The notes beneath the pieces were generated by a model. It saw only the letters and a list, made by a program, of their open reading frames with translations. It did no database searches and was not told the DNA's origin. A stretch of 64,000 bases of DNA from positions 62,001-126,000 of the forward strand of contig JAXLNO010003530.1 in the NCBI GenBank assembly GCA_038087875.1. Direction: 5' to 3'. The stretch comes from Malacoraja senta. Lineage: Eukaryota. The position numbers and the translations under genes are program-made. Positions 13,131-26,321 of this stretch are shown here, piece by piece (the stretch's first letter is position 1; each line of letters begins with the position of its first letter).

Positions 13131-15038
13131 TAAGAACAGAAATTGCTGGAAAATCTTCACAAGCCAGGCAGCATCCGCGGAGAGAGAAGTTAACATTTCA
13201 GGTCAAAGACCCTACATCCGAAAAATATGAAGTCCGTTAAAATATAGAAACATTTTGAAATATTTAAAATATAACTAAAACAAAAGGAGTTTAAAAATAT
13301 CTTTGGTAGTCACAAAATGCTGGAGTAACTCAGCAGGTCAGGCAGCATCTCTGGAGAAAAGGAATAGGTGACCTTTCGGGTCGAAACCCTCCTTCAGACT
13401 TCGGCTCACCAAGTCCGTGATCCCCGCACACTAACACTATCCAACACACACAGGGAGAACGTACAGCCACCACCTGTGGTCAGGATTGAACCTTGGTCTC
13501 TGGCTCTGTAAGGCAGCAACTCTGCCACTGCGCCAACATGCCGCCCCTTTGGATTGCATTGTTCTGGTGAATCTGCACTGTCGAGATTTAAACTAATTTT
13601 AGTTAATTAGTTCAACAGCCACGGGCAACAATGAAAGTTTTTTTTTGCAGCGTTGTATTGATCTGTAATGCACTGCGAGGGGTAGTAGAAGCTGATTTAA
13701 TAGTAGAATTGGATCATAGAAGATGGAATTGGATATATAATCCACCACAAGGAATTTTAATGGCTGTGGAGTAAGAGTTGGTTAATGAGACCAGTCAGAT
13801 ACCCATTTGAAAGGGATTACATAAATAGAATTGAGGAATAGCTGAGCCTTTAATATATAAAACTATGATCCTGTTACATTCACCATGTTAACACTTATGC
13901 AGGCACTAATAGGTAACTGGATTGATACAAGAAAGCTATACACAAGCAAAGACTAAACACTAATAATAATTCAGTATGATATCAATACATAAGCACATTT
14001 ATGAATTCATATTGGCATGTTCCACAACATTAACACAATCTAACACTGAACTGAACTGCCGCTCAGTACAAGATACACAAGATCCAACAGAGTGAGCGAA
14101 CAAAACTATGGCAGTTAGATTTCAGTTTAGGTAGATAGACAGAAAAAGCTGGAGTAACTCAGTAGGTCAGTCAACATCTCTGGGGAAAAGGAATAGGTGA
14201 CGTTGCGGGTCGAGACCCTTCCTCAGATTCAGTTCAGTTCAGGTAGATGTGAGTTTATCAATCTGTTCAGAAAGAGAATTTATTACAATGAATTTATTAC
14301 AATGGTAATAAAGAGCAGAATTTATTACAATGGTAAAAAGTTTGGAAAAGTGGAAGTCCAAACAGATCCATAGGGTCACATATTCAAGTCCAAATCATAG
14401 TCAGAGGTGATCATCAATGATTCAATGATACTTTATTGTCACATGTACCTAGGTACAGTGAAATGCTTTGTTTTGCTTACAACCTGGTAAAATCATGTCG
14501 CAGACCTCACCTAGGCAGTACACAAGTCGCCTCATTTTGGCGCCAACAAAGTCACAAACGTTCACCGGAGAGTCATATCTTCAGCCTGGCAGCAGAGGCA
14601 GCAGCCCCCCCCCCCCCCACACTGTCGGGTCCCCCCTTCGTTCTCGACTGCTCCTGCCCGCTCCCCCTTTGTTCTCGGCAGCTAAAGTCTAAATTCTGCT
14701 TTGTCATTTGATTGAGGCTGATCTATTTTTCCCACTCAGCCCCCTTCTCCTGCCTTCTCCCCATAACCTTTGATACCCTTATTAATCAAGAACTTATCAA
14801 TCTCTTCTTTAAAGATATCCAATGACTCCACAGCCAAGGATCCCAGAGGTTCGCTCCCCTAGATTTTTCGCTCTAGTTTCCCAGTGGTTTATCAATGGCT
14901 TAGGGTTTATCACCAAATGTAATTTTTTTTTCTGCAGCTACCCTGTGCAGCTACCCTAAGAATTTCTATTAGATCACCCCACTCTATGTGTGTGCGTGTT
15001 CATATATGAGTACCTATGTAACGCACACGTACACGCAA

Positions 15039-15356
15039 TAGTTTAGTTTAGTTTAGAGATGCAGCACGGAAACAGGCCCTTTGGCCCACCGTGTCCGCGG
15101 CGACTGGCGATCCCCGTACACTAACACTGTCCCACACACACACTAGGGACAATTTATAATCCTCACCAAAGCACATTAACCTACAAACCTGTACGTCTTT
15201 GGGGTGTGTGAGGAAACCGGAGCACCCGGAGAAAACTGATGTAGTCACAGGGAGAATGTACAAACTCTGCACAGACAGCACCCATAGTCAGGATCGGACC
15301 CGGGTCTCTTGCGTTGTAAGACAGCAACTCTACCGCTGCGCCATCGTGCCTGCCCC
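15039..15356 (-). mobile_element. V-SINE (HE1-like), full length
   Basis: A/B boxes, V-domain, (CTAAA)n tail, atagtt duplication at the flanks. Confidence 0.88.
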
Positions 15357-16192
15357 ATAGTTAATTTGATATCCTTCTTTTCTAAATGTTAGTACTCTCT
15401 GCCAGAGTATGTATGCATGATACTATCCCACTGGACAGGCACTCGAGTTGGAAGAACATGACTGGTGTTGACTTACAACATTCTCTGTTGGAGCCGTAGC
15501 CATTCGCCACTCCTATAAACAACTTAGGTGGTGCTAAAGAAAGCCACATATCAAAGTCTGCCGGTGACACAAAAATTGGCAACATCTTGAGGAGTGTAGA
15601 TGAAAGGATTAAATTACAAAGCGATACGAACAGATTAACTAGATTGAATTGTCATGGACACAAAAGGCTGTTTGAATGTTGACTTTTATCTCTTAAAGCG
15701 CTGTGGGTCAAATCCCTGGTTAGATCACTCGGCATTAGTGAACAGCCTGTGCACTACATTTATAGAAGTTACATAAGCCTTGGAAAGGTCGGAGGAGATT
15801 TTTACCGGAATGACACGTAACCTCTACAATAAGGCTATGTTCCCAAAAGGATTTGGAAGTTTAAAAATAAATCAAAGTTCTCAAAATAAATATTTATTTC
15901 CTCCAATTGGAGTGGCCTGGATTGGAAGAGAGCGAGGGGGAAGTTCTGAAATGAGGTTGTGAAATGCTTCAAAACACAAGGGATGGCGGAGGTGTGAGAT
16001 CACTTCTCTCCAAATTACAACTATTGCCAACTCAGTTATTGAATTTAAACCTGAGATCAGCAAATGTTGGGTCACCAAAGCTGTTTGCTTTACTTTAGAC
16101 TTTAGAGATACAGTGCAGAAACAGGCACTATCCTACATACTAGGGACAATTTACAATGTTTTTTTACAGAAGCCAATTAACCTACAAACCTG

Positions 16193-16630
16193 AAGATAAA
16201 CGAAATGCAGGAGTAACTCAGTGGGTCAGGCAGCATCTCTGGAGAAAAGGAATAGCTGATGTTTTGGGTCAAGACCCTTCTTCAGACCCTGTCTGAAGTC
16301 TGAAGATCAGTCTGAAGAAGGGTCTTGACCCAAAATGTCATCTATTCCTTTTCTCCAGAGATACTGCCTGGCCCACTGAGTTACTCCAGCATTTTGTGTC
16401 CATCTCAAGTCAAGTCAAGTGAGTTTATTGTCATGTGTCCCTGGTAGGACAATGAAATTCTTGCTTTGCTTGAGCACAACAGAACATAATAGGCATTTAC
16501 TACAAGGCATTCTATAAATATATACACAATGGTCAATATACTGATAAAGTGCAAATAACAGTATATTGGCTAGTAAAGTTCAGTGTTATTGATCTTTGAA
16601 GTAAACCAGCATCTGCAGTTCCATCGTACA
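16193..16630 (+). mobile_element. Minimal Penelope-derived foldback inside a SINE, itself carrying a Rex1 3' fragment (16405-16585)
   Basis: Opposed terminal repeats at 16195-16287 and 16312-16404. TSD taacctacaaac at 16178-16189 and 16631-16642. Confidence 0.8.
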
Positions 16631-18354
16631 TAACCTACAAACATGTACGTCTTTGGAGTGTAGGAGGAAACCAGAGCACCCAGTGAAAACTCACGCAGTC
16701 ACAGGGAGAATGTACAAACTCAGCAGAGACAGTAGTCAGGATCAAACCCAGCTCTACTGCTGCACCACTGTTATGGGATGTAGACCAAATGCTGGGTCAG
16801 TTGGTTGTATTATGTTTACATATTCTGTTGTGCTGCAGCATGCAAGAATTTCATTGTCCTGTCTGGGGACACATGACAATAAAACTCTCTTGACTTGACT
16901 CTTGACTTGTCTTGATCAGCCATCATTTCCTTAAAATGGAGTAGATGGCTCAAAAGATAAAATAGTCCAGTTCTATCCCATAGTGCTATGACATTAACAT
17001 TCACTGATAGACGATGCACCCAATGTTACTGCTGATTATAGCATGTGCAATGTAATACCGTGTCAAGCTATTGATATCATCCTGTCAGACAGCACTGTTT
17101 GGTCTTGGACTGTCATTAATATTGCACTCCGTGGTATTAATGTTAAGTTGGATTATTTGTAGGTAATATTGAACTCCATTCTGCTGAAAACGAATGAAGT
17201 TTAGTAACGTGGCTACTCTACCGCTGTGCCCCTGTGTCCCTGTGCCATCCTACTTCCTGGAACTGAAAATTAACTTTTGAGAGCCCAGTTCTCCTTCTTT
17301 TAGCTTTTAATTATTGGAGACAATTTATTAATGCTGGATCTTATGTCTCAGTTTTAACATGGGTTTCTAGTTATTGAAATGTAAGTGTTCAATGTTAGCT
17401 TGTGTAATGTCAAGAGGTCGATGATGATGGGAGGCTGGAGTCCATGTTGGGCCGTGTATTGGTGTTGACGTTACAATAAAGGGCATGTATTTGGAGTGTT
17501 AGTTTCTGGTTAGATACTGCTGCTGTAATGAGGTTGTGCATTCACACTGGGAAAGTAAATCTTATGCTTAAATACAATGGATTGGTACCAGAATGTGCTG
17601 AAAGTCAGTTTGTTTTGTTAGGCACATGCTGCTCCCTGTCTAAATGATCGACGTAACTCAAACTGAGGAGAAAGTGAGAGCGATTGATGGTCAGTTGATC
17701 AAAGCTACCCAAACAGACAGCAGCAACTCAGCGTGGCGTGTCTGTGGGGCTTGCCTCTAGACTGGAGCCTGTGAAAACTAATCCTGTTGCCGTGGGCCGA
17801 GTGGGATACCTGTCAGGTCAGGAAGTTGTGATGCCCCTCATAGAAGACAAAGCTCTTGCTTTTATGGTTGGGGGAGAATGAAGGAACAGGATTGATTGTG
17901 GGGTTTGGGGGTTGATGAATGGCTTCCAACTGGTTCCAAATCCTGCTGAGTCGTAGCACATCGGAGAATGCGCAGGAAATGGCATGTTTGTTCTCTCAGC
18001 AGAGGTGAAATCCTGGAAGCACCAGGCAGACTTGCCTGGTTTTAGAATCTGTTCACCCCTTTTAACCCTTTCACCACCCTCGACCCAGATTCTGGTTTTG
18101 ACAGCACAGAATACAGGGGCTACTTCATAAGTTCATAGAGATAGGAGCAGAATTAGGCCATTCAGCCCATCGTTTACTCCACCATTCAAACACGGCTGAT
18201 CTATATTTCCCTCTCAACCTCATTCTCTTGCCTTCTCCCCATAACCTTTGACACCCTTACTAATCAAGAACTTGTCAATCTCCATTTTAAAAACACCCAG
18301 CTACCTGGCCTCCACAACTGAATGAATTCCACAGATTCACCACCCACTGGCTAA

Positions 18355-18610
18355 ATGGGGTGGTGTTGGGGGGGTGGGGTGTTGTTGGGGGGTGGTGTTG
18401 GGGGTGGTGGTGTGGTGTGGGGTGGGTTAAGGGGGAGGAACGGGGAGGGGTAAAGGTGGGGGTGTGGGTGTGGGGTAGGGGGTGTGTGTGGGGAGGAGGG
18501 GGAATGGGGGGAAGGGGTGTGTGGGAGGAGGGGGAGGGGTAAGGGGGGATGTGGGGAGAGGGGGGAAGGGGGTGTGTGGGGGGAGGGGGGGTATGTGGGG
18601 GGGAGGGACT
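18355..18610 (+). repeat. G-rich low-complexity tract (G-quadruplex potential) within an unclassified repeat (~18355-18990)
   Basis: Dozens of closely spaced G3-G7 runs. Confidence 0.85.
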
Positions 18611-20624
18611 CCACTCAGTGGCCACCGGCCGCGGCACCACACAGTGACTTTCCCGACTCCACTCTTGCGGACTCAATTAGCACTTGTGGACTGAGCCCCG
18701 CCTCTGGGGTTTTTTTCTCCAGCGGGTGCCGGAAGGGCCGTTACCTTCATGGTGAGTGACAGGCAAGAAGACCAATCTGCTGATCTCACAACATTTTTAA
18801 ACCTTCATAACTTTGGTAATCTTCCACCAATCGGAACAAAACTTGGTGCGCTTGGAGGAGAGGAGAACGGTGAGTAAGGTGGGGGGGGGGGGGGGGAGAA
18901 ATCCTAGCGATAAAGGGTACCGTTTTTGCGCAATTAAAAAAAAAAGCAAACCAGAAGTGGTCAAGATGAGAGTTTTAGTAATAGTATAATTATGTCCACA
19001 TGCAATCCTGATTCACAAAGCCATGTCCCCGTTTCCAACATTACCAGCTGTGAACCAGTTGTCCATTTTCATAACAGAATCTGCTCATAGAGTGTACAAT
19101 ATGTGTAGAGTGTAACTCCATCCTCCATCCAATTAAAGGGTCATCATGTCTCACTGTGGTGCCTTTATCACTTTTAGTAAGGAAATGGTTACTAATGATA
19201 TTAATGAACCAGTTGGCTTCTTTTTCAACAATCCAGTCGTTTCAGCTTAGCCACCCTTATCTTAAAAATAAACTTAATTATTTGAATGCAAATAATTTGC
19301 ATATCACTGTACCTTAATTGGTACATGTGACAATAAAAGACCTTTGAAACCTTTAAATTGCTTGAGTGCGATTTGAACTCACATCATCAGGTCTTTCTGG
19401 TCTTTAGCTCTGATGCTACCATTCTCCATCAGGCTCAGTACCATTAATCAGTATGCCGCCCACTTCAAATGTTGTCGAAGAAAGATATAAATTGTTGGAG
19501 TAACTCAGCAGGTCAGGCAGCATCTCTGGAGAATGTACAATAGATGGGATCATATCAACCTATTCATGTTCTCCATAGATGTGCCTGACCCGTTCAGTTT
19601 CCCCAGCATTTTGTGTCTGTCTTTGGCAAACCGCCATCTGCAGTTCCTTGTTATTATATTATACATAGTCTTATTTGCTTTCTTAAGATCTTATTAAAAA
19701 ACAAATGATCTTTAACACCGTTTCTAATCTCACGACAAGTCAGAGTTTGCCACTAGTAAAGTGCATCCCGAAGCATTACCATGGTTTAGGTATAGGAATT
19801 AACAATGACATGCTGAGCAAGCAATCACTGTAAGTGGTTTTGGTTGGGAAGGCTTGGCTTAATGGCTTATTCGACATGGAGCAGGTCCAGAGATGACATG
19901 CCAGTGTTTGCAGTGGGTTTTGCCCATGTAAACATGCAATGTCAATGTCATTACATAATCTGGCCATTGGCTGTCTTTGTAGGTCTACTATGAACATGTT
20001 ATGGAGTTCTTATTTGGAAAAGCCATCAACATTGGTCCAAAAAGGACTTTACTTTCATTAGTTATGTTCCAAGCAAATTTTCAATCTTATGAAAATACTA
20101 TGTCCGCTGTTAGTTATGGAGTAATGTACACCAACATTTGCTTCTGATCTTGACCATCTAGACATAATGTAGAATTAGTGTAAAAAGAATGGATGCTGGT
20201 CAGTGTGGACTTGCTGTGCTGAAGTGCCCGATTCCATGCTGTATCTCATTGTGACTCCAAAATTAAAATGCATTTTCTCCCTTGTAGAAACAAAGAACTG
20301 CAGATGCTAGTTTATATCTAAAATATACACATAGTGCTGGAGTACCTCAATGGTCAGGCAGCATCTCTGGAGAAAAAGGATGGGTGACATTTTGGGTCGG
20401 GACCCTTCTTCAGACACTTTCTCCCTGGCTGGAATCAAACATGCTTTGCCTTTGCTCCAAAAATGATGGGAGTCCTTTACCTATTTGAGAATAAAGCCTC
20501 TGTGAGTTTCACTCACAACCTTGACATTTGAAGAGCTGGGCTCCAGAGGTTTGGACACAAGACCTAGGCTGGCATCTCCAATGTTGAGGGAGTGTTACAA
20601 GCTCTGGGGCACTGCCCCATAAGA

Positions 20625-20870
20625 CTTGCACAGTGGTGCAGCGGTAGAGTTGCTGCTTACGGCGCCAGAGACCCAGGTTCGATCCTGACCACAGGTGCTG
20701 TCTGTACGGAGTTTGTACGTTCTCCCTGTGACCAAGTGGGTTTTCTCCGGGTACTCTGGTATCCTCCCACACTACAAAGATACACAGGTTTGTAGGTTCA
20801 TTGGTATTGGTAAAAATTGTAAGTTGTCCCTAGTTGGTAGGATAATGTTAGTGTACAGGGGATGTTAGGT
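20625..20870 (+). mobile_element. V-SINE (HE1-like)
   Basis: tggtgcagcgg A box, ggttcgatcc B box, V-domain. Confidence 0.85.
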
Positions 20871-20904
20871 GACATGAAACGTCACCTATCTGTTCTCCAG
20901 ATAT

Positions 20905-21310
20905 GCTGGAGGAGGTTAAGGGGAGACTTGATAGAAGTATATAAATTATGGGAGGCATAAATAGGGTAGACAGTCAGAACCTTTTTTCCCAGGGTGAAAA
21001 TGTCCAACATGAATGGGAATAGCTGTAAGGTGAGAGGGGGAAAGTTTAATGCAAATGTGTGGGGCAGATTTTTTTTACACAGAGAGCTTGTGGGGGCCTG
21101 GGAGGCATTGCTAGAGGTGGTGGTGGAGGCAGATACAATAGTGGGATTTAAGAGGCTTTTAGATAGGCGCATGGAAGTGCAGGGAGTAGAGGGATATGGA
21201 TCATGTACAGGCAGATGAGATCAGTTTAACCTACTATCATGTTCGGCACAAAGATTATGGAATGAAGGACCCATTCTTGTGCTGTACTGTTCTATGTTCT
21301 GTGTTCTATG
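20905..21310 (+). mobile_element. CR1 LINE 3' fragment inserted in a Penelope terminus fragment
   Basis: RRLRGDLIEVYKIM…FKRLLDR-type sequence with a (TGTTCTA)n tail, flanked by atgctg and by the two halves of the Penelope terminal repeat. Confidence 0.7.
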
Positions 21311-22729
21311 CTGCCTGACCTGCTGAATTACTCCAGCACTTTGTGTTTATTTGCTGGAGGAAGACCTTGTTGCACACATTCCTCTCTCTAAGCCTGGATA
21401 GTGCGTGGAAGGAGGTTTAATTATCAGCGAGCACCCATCGGCTTAAATCCGATACTCACCCATGCACGCTTGGCACTGCATCATCTCACCTGGACCCTGT
21501 CTTGTTCCAGTTAATGGTCCATTTCTAAAAGGTAGTTGGTGTTCTAAAGCAGCCAATATATTCAGGAGAGATAATCTGCTCATCTTCAATTACCCCAAGG
21601 GCTTTTTTACACCAGACAGAAATCGTACTCCTTCCCATAGTAGTCAAGACGATTACTCACCCAGTTTAGTTCCTTACATGGCTACGCCCTTGTTTGTCTT
21701 CACATGTCACTCGAGTGAGCTCAGACATGCCCGACTGGTAGAATGTCACTTAATCCCACAGAATAAAAATGTTTAATCTGTGTGCCAAAACTCATTATCC
21801 TTTGCATCAAGATGTGTGGACCCAGACAGTCAAAAGTACAGCTGGATTCCCAGGGTGTGACGCACACTATGTTTAGAGCAGATTTCAAGCAGAATTGCTG
21901 CCAAGTACGGGGAATGGAAAAGGAAGAACTAGGTTGAAGGTTCAAGATAGGGTAGAGATTCACAACCTTTATCCCAGAGTGGAAATGTCAAAGAGCAAAA
22001 GGCAGAGCTTTAAGGTAAGAGGGGCAAGGTTGCAAGGAGATGGGCAGGGCAAGTTTATTTACACAAAGGGTGGTGGGTGCCAGGATTGCACTGCCAGAGT
22101 TAGTGGTAGAGGCAAATACTCTGCCAAAATAGCAGCATTGAAGAGGCACATGGATATGTTCATAAATTCATAGGAGCAGAATTAGGCTAATTGGCTCATA
22201 AAGTCTACTCCACCTTCAATCATGGCTGACCTATCTTTCCCTCTCAACACTCTCCCCATAACCCCTGATACCCTTACTAATCAAGAATCTGTCAATTTAC
22301 GCCTTAAAAATATTCATTCTTGGCCTCCACAGCCTTCTGTGGCAATGAATTCTATAGATTCACCATCCTCTAACAAAATAAATTCCTCCTCATCTTCTTT
22401 CTAAAGGTACGCCCTTTTATTCTGAGGTTATGGCCTCTGGTCCTAGACTCTCCCACATCCACTCTATCCAGGCCTTTCACTATCCGATAAGTTTTAATGA
22501 GGGGTCCCCTCATCCTTCTAAACTCCAGCTGTCAAACGCTCATCATATCGTAACACAATCATTCCTGGGATGCTTCTCATAAACTTCCTCTGGACCCTCT
22601 CCAACACCTGCACATCTTTCCCCAGGGATATGCAAGGAATGGAGGGATATAGAACTCGTCATGTGCTGTACCTTTCTATGTTCTATGTTTTAAGGCAGGG
22701 TGCTCTAGTTTGTTCCCACATCAAAAAGA

Positions 22730-23910
22730 TCAAGTCAAGTCAAGTCAAGTCAAGTGAGTTTATTGTCATGTGTCCCTGATAGGACAATGAAATTCTTGCT
22801 TTGCTTCAGCACAACAGAACATAGTAGGCATTGACTACAAGACATTCTATAAATATATACACACATGAATCAATATACTGATAAAGTGCAAATAACAGTA
22901 TTGGCTAATAAAGTTCAGTGTTATGTCCGAGCCAGGTTTAATAGCCTGATGGCTGTGGGGAAGTAGTTGTTCCTGAACCTGGTCGTTGCAGTCTTCAGTA
23001 GGGAGATGAGTGTGTGGCCAGGATGGTGTGGGTCCTTGATGATACTGCCAGCCTTTTTGAGGCAGCGACTGTGATAGATCCCCTCGATGGAAGGGAAGTC
23101 AGAGCCGATGATGGACTGGGCAGTGTTTACTACTTTTTGTAGTCTTTTCCTCTCCAGGGTGCTCAAGTTGCCGAACCAAGCCACGATGCAACCGGTCAGC
23201 ATGCTCTCTACTGTGCACCTGTAGAAGTTAGAGAGAGTCCTCCTTGACAAACCGACTCTCCGTAATCTTCTCAGGAAGTAGAGGCGCTGATGTGCTTTCT
23301 TAATAATGGCATCAGTGTTCTCGGACCAGGAAAGATCTTCAGAGATGTGCACGCCCAGGAATTTGAAGCTCTTGACCCTTTCAACCATCGACCCGTTGAT
23401 ATAAACGGGACTGTGGGTCCCCATCCTACTCCTTCCAAAGTCCACAATCAGTTCCTTGGTTTTGCTGGTGTTGAGGGCCAGGTTATTGTGCTGGCAACAT
23501 ATGGACAGTTGCTCGATCTCTCTTCTATACTCTGACTCATCCCCATCAGTGATACGTCCCACAACAGTGGTGTCGTCAGCGAACTTGATGATGGAGTTCG
23601 CACTATGTCCGGCTACGCAGTCATGAGTATAGAGTGAGTACAGCAGGGGGCTGAGCACGCAGCCTTGAGGTGCTCCCGTGCTAATTGTTATCGAGTCTGA
23701 CACATTTCCACCAATACGAACAGACTGTGGTCTGAGAGTGAGGAAGTCGAGGATCCAATTGCAGAGAGATGCGCAGAGACCCAGTTCTGCGAGTTTGGTA
23801 ACCAGCTTGGAGGGGATGATTGTGTTAAATGCCGAGCTGTAATCGATGAATAACAGCCTGACATATGAGTTTTTGTTGTCCAAGTGGTCCAGAGCGGAGT
23901 GGAGGGCCAC
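22730..23910 (-). mobile_element. Rex1/Babar-clade LINE, 5'-truncated RT plus 3' UTR
   Basis: 329-aa ORF 22921..23910: [64 protein letters not shown]. (CTTGA)n tail at 22730-22755. The same 3' end recurs at 16405-16585 (-) and ~16815-16915 (+). Confidence 0.85.
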
Positions 23911-24042
23911 TTGATCTGTTGTGGCGGTAAGCGAACAGATTTGCTGATTAGTAGTTTAATTGACCACTGTAAGTTATGCCCAGAGTGGGCATGGGCAGGG
24001 CGAAGTGGGATGGAACTGATAGGCATGTGAAAATTAATGGGT

Positions 24043-24245
24043 TAAGCGCCTGCCCCACTTTCCCGAGTTACTCACAAATTCTCCTGAGTTTTCCCCTTGA
24101 TTCAAACTCGGAGAATGTCCGTAGCGAGTCCGTAGGAGGCCGTAGGAGTCTGTGTATATTCTGTAGCAACTCGTAATGCCAGCTGTAGGTACTCGGGGCA
24201 TCAGGTAAGTCGGGTCGTTTTTTCAGCATGTTGAAAAATGTCCAA
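24043..24245. mobile_element. One-ended Harbinger-type MITE fragment
   Basis: Begins tta-agcgcctgccccact, resembling the TIR at 3641, with internal cgtag repeats. No second TIR seen. Confidence 0.45.
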
Positions 24246-24373
24246 TCAGGAATTAGATTGATGGGATAGTTTTGAGTGTTGGCATGGACTCAATGGGCAG
24301 AGTGCTCTCCTTGAAATATGAACTGTTCAGTACCAGTTAAACAGAACAGCAGAAGCTGAGATTCTTTATTGTC

Positions 24374-24675
24374 TGTGGCAGGTGGCACAGCGGTAGAGTT
24401 GTTGCTTTACAGCACCAGAGACCCAGGTTCGATCCTGACTAAGGTTGCTGTCAGTATGGAGTTTGTACGTTCTCCCTGTGACCACTTGGGTTTTTGCAAG
24501 CTGCTCCGGTTTCCTCCCACGTTCCAAAGACATGCAGGTTTATAGGTTAACTGGCTTCTATAAATTGTCCTTAATGTGTAGGATAAAACGTGGGATAGCA
24601 TGGGTGACTGTTGGTCGGCGCGAACCTAGTGGGATGAAGGGCCTGTTTCCACGCTGTGTCACTAAAACTAAAACA
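24374..24675 (+). mobile_element. V-SINE (HE1-like), full length
   Basis: A/B boxes, V-domain, tail. Confidence 0.85.
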
Positions 24676-25024
24676 TTCAGTTTCACCGAACATAGAACAG
24701 TACAGCATAGAAATATGCCCTTTGGCCCACAATGTTTTTGCTGAACAAGATGCCAAGTTTGGCTGCACACGATCCTTATCCCTTCATCTCCTGCATGTTC
24801 CACATGCCTATCTAAAAGCCTCTTAAATGCCACTATTGTATCAGCCTCCGCCTTCACCCCTAGCAGTGCATTCCTGGTACCCATCACTCTCTGCATAAAA
24901 TGAACTTGCCCCATACATCTCCTTTCATCTCTGTCCCACTCTTCTCTGCCCCTGGTGTGCAGGTGAGTGGCAGAAGAACTGGGGAACTGTCAATGGGTAT
25001 GTGATGGAGAAATGAGTAAGATAT

Positions 25025-25542
25025 TGGGATTTACAAAGAACTGCAGACGCTAGCTTAATCACAAAGTTCTGGATTAACTCAGTGAGTTAGGCAGCATCTT
25101 GGGAGAACATGGATCGGTGACGTTTTGGGTCAAGGGCCTTCTTTAGATGATTGTGGCAAGGTGCGAAAGCAGGAAAAGAGGGGCAGGACAAAGCCTGTCG
25201 AGTGAAAGGTGGATAGAGATGAGGTTGGGGGAGGGTTGATAGGCAGATGTTTGGACAAAAGATGTGAGATAAGGATAGAAGTGGTGTGAATTGTGAAGCC
25301 AGAGGAAGGAATACAGGTAGAAGGGGAGGGGAAGGGGAGAAATGCGTGTGAGGCCCGGTGGGGCACAGGGGCGACACTAGGGAAAGAAGGAAGGAAGGAA
25401 ATAAGCAAGAGGTGTTTGCAGGTTAGGTACCTGACATTGGGGAATTCAATGCTCATACCGTTAAGTTCTAAGCTATCCAAGCCGAATAAGAGATGCTGTT
25501 CCTCCAGTTTGTGTGTGGCCTCACTCTGGCAATGGAGGAGGT
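25025..25542 (-). mobile_element. Penelope-like element 3' part
   Basis: Minus ORF LLHCQSEATHKLEEQHLLFGLDSLELNGMSIEF plus terminal repeat. Confidence 0.75.
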
Positions 25543-26321
25543 GACTGCTGGGGTTTGCTTTGGGTTCAATGGGCTGAATGGCATCTTTCTGCTCCATAGG
25601 TAATTATCTGATATAGACACAAAATGTTGGAGTAACTCAGCGGGTCAGGCAGCATCTGTGGAGAAAAGGAATAGGTGACGTTTTGGGTTGAGACCCTTCC
25701 TCAGACTTCATACTGATATAGATCTCCTCCGTGCTGTCTGAGTCTGGAAAATCTGTCAATGACTTTGCACTGTGGGAAGTTCTGTGCAACCTGCGGGAGA
25801 GTGAGATGCCTGAACTGGCCATGTGTATCTATGTTGCCCTAAAATGCCCCTCATTCCCTTCAACCATTGAATTGCAGACTCAAGGGGCTTTTGTAACTGA
25901 GCCATATTTGTGCAGGTCTGTGATTCTTCCTCAAACAGGTGAACAATTCCCATCTCCAGTAAGCTGAGCAACTCAAAAGAAAGTCCGTCACTTAAATGAA
26001 GGTTTTACTTCTGCAACAATCGAACGTTGACAAAGATGAGTAGAAAGTTAAATGTGCCCAGCAAGTGGCACATGGATGGAGATAGGAGGACGTTCAGCTG
26101 GTGGTTGAAGCCAGAGCAGCGAGAGCTCCACCTCTAGAGCAAGCTGGGAACTGCAAGCCTCTGCAATGGTTCCAGCTAGAGGGGCTGCATTGCCCCCTTT
26201 GGTGGAAATCAGTGGCAGACACTACTGTGGTGTTGCACAGAGCTACATGTATGTGTACAAGTATGTAGTGTGAGTGCCATCAAAACAAGTGTTTATTGCC
26301 TATATCCACTGTTAATCGCAC

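Noticed and set aside
18287-18759. Pro- and Gly-rich ORFs
   Set aside because: They are translations of a G-rich low-complexity tract.
22921-23910. Host gene (this ORF type is often mis-annotated as ALKBH8-like)
   Set aside because: It has RT motifs, a 5' truncation and a tandem-repeat tail, so it is a LINE fragment.
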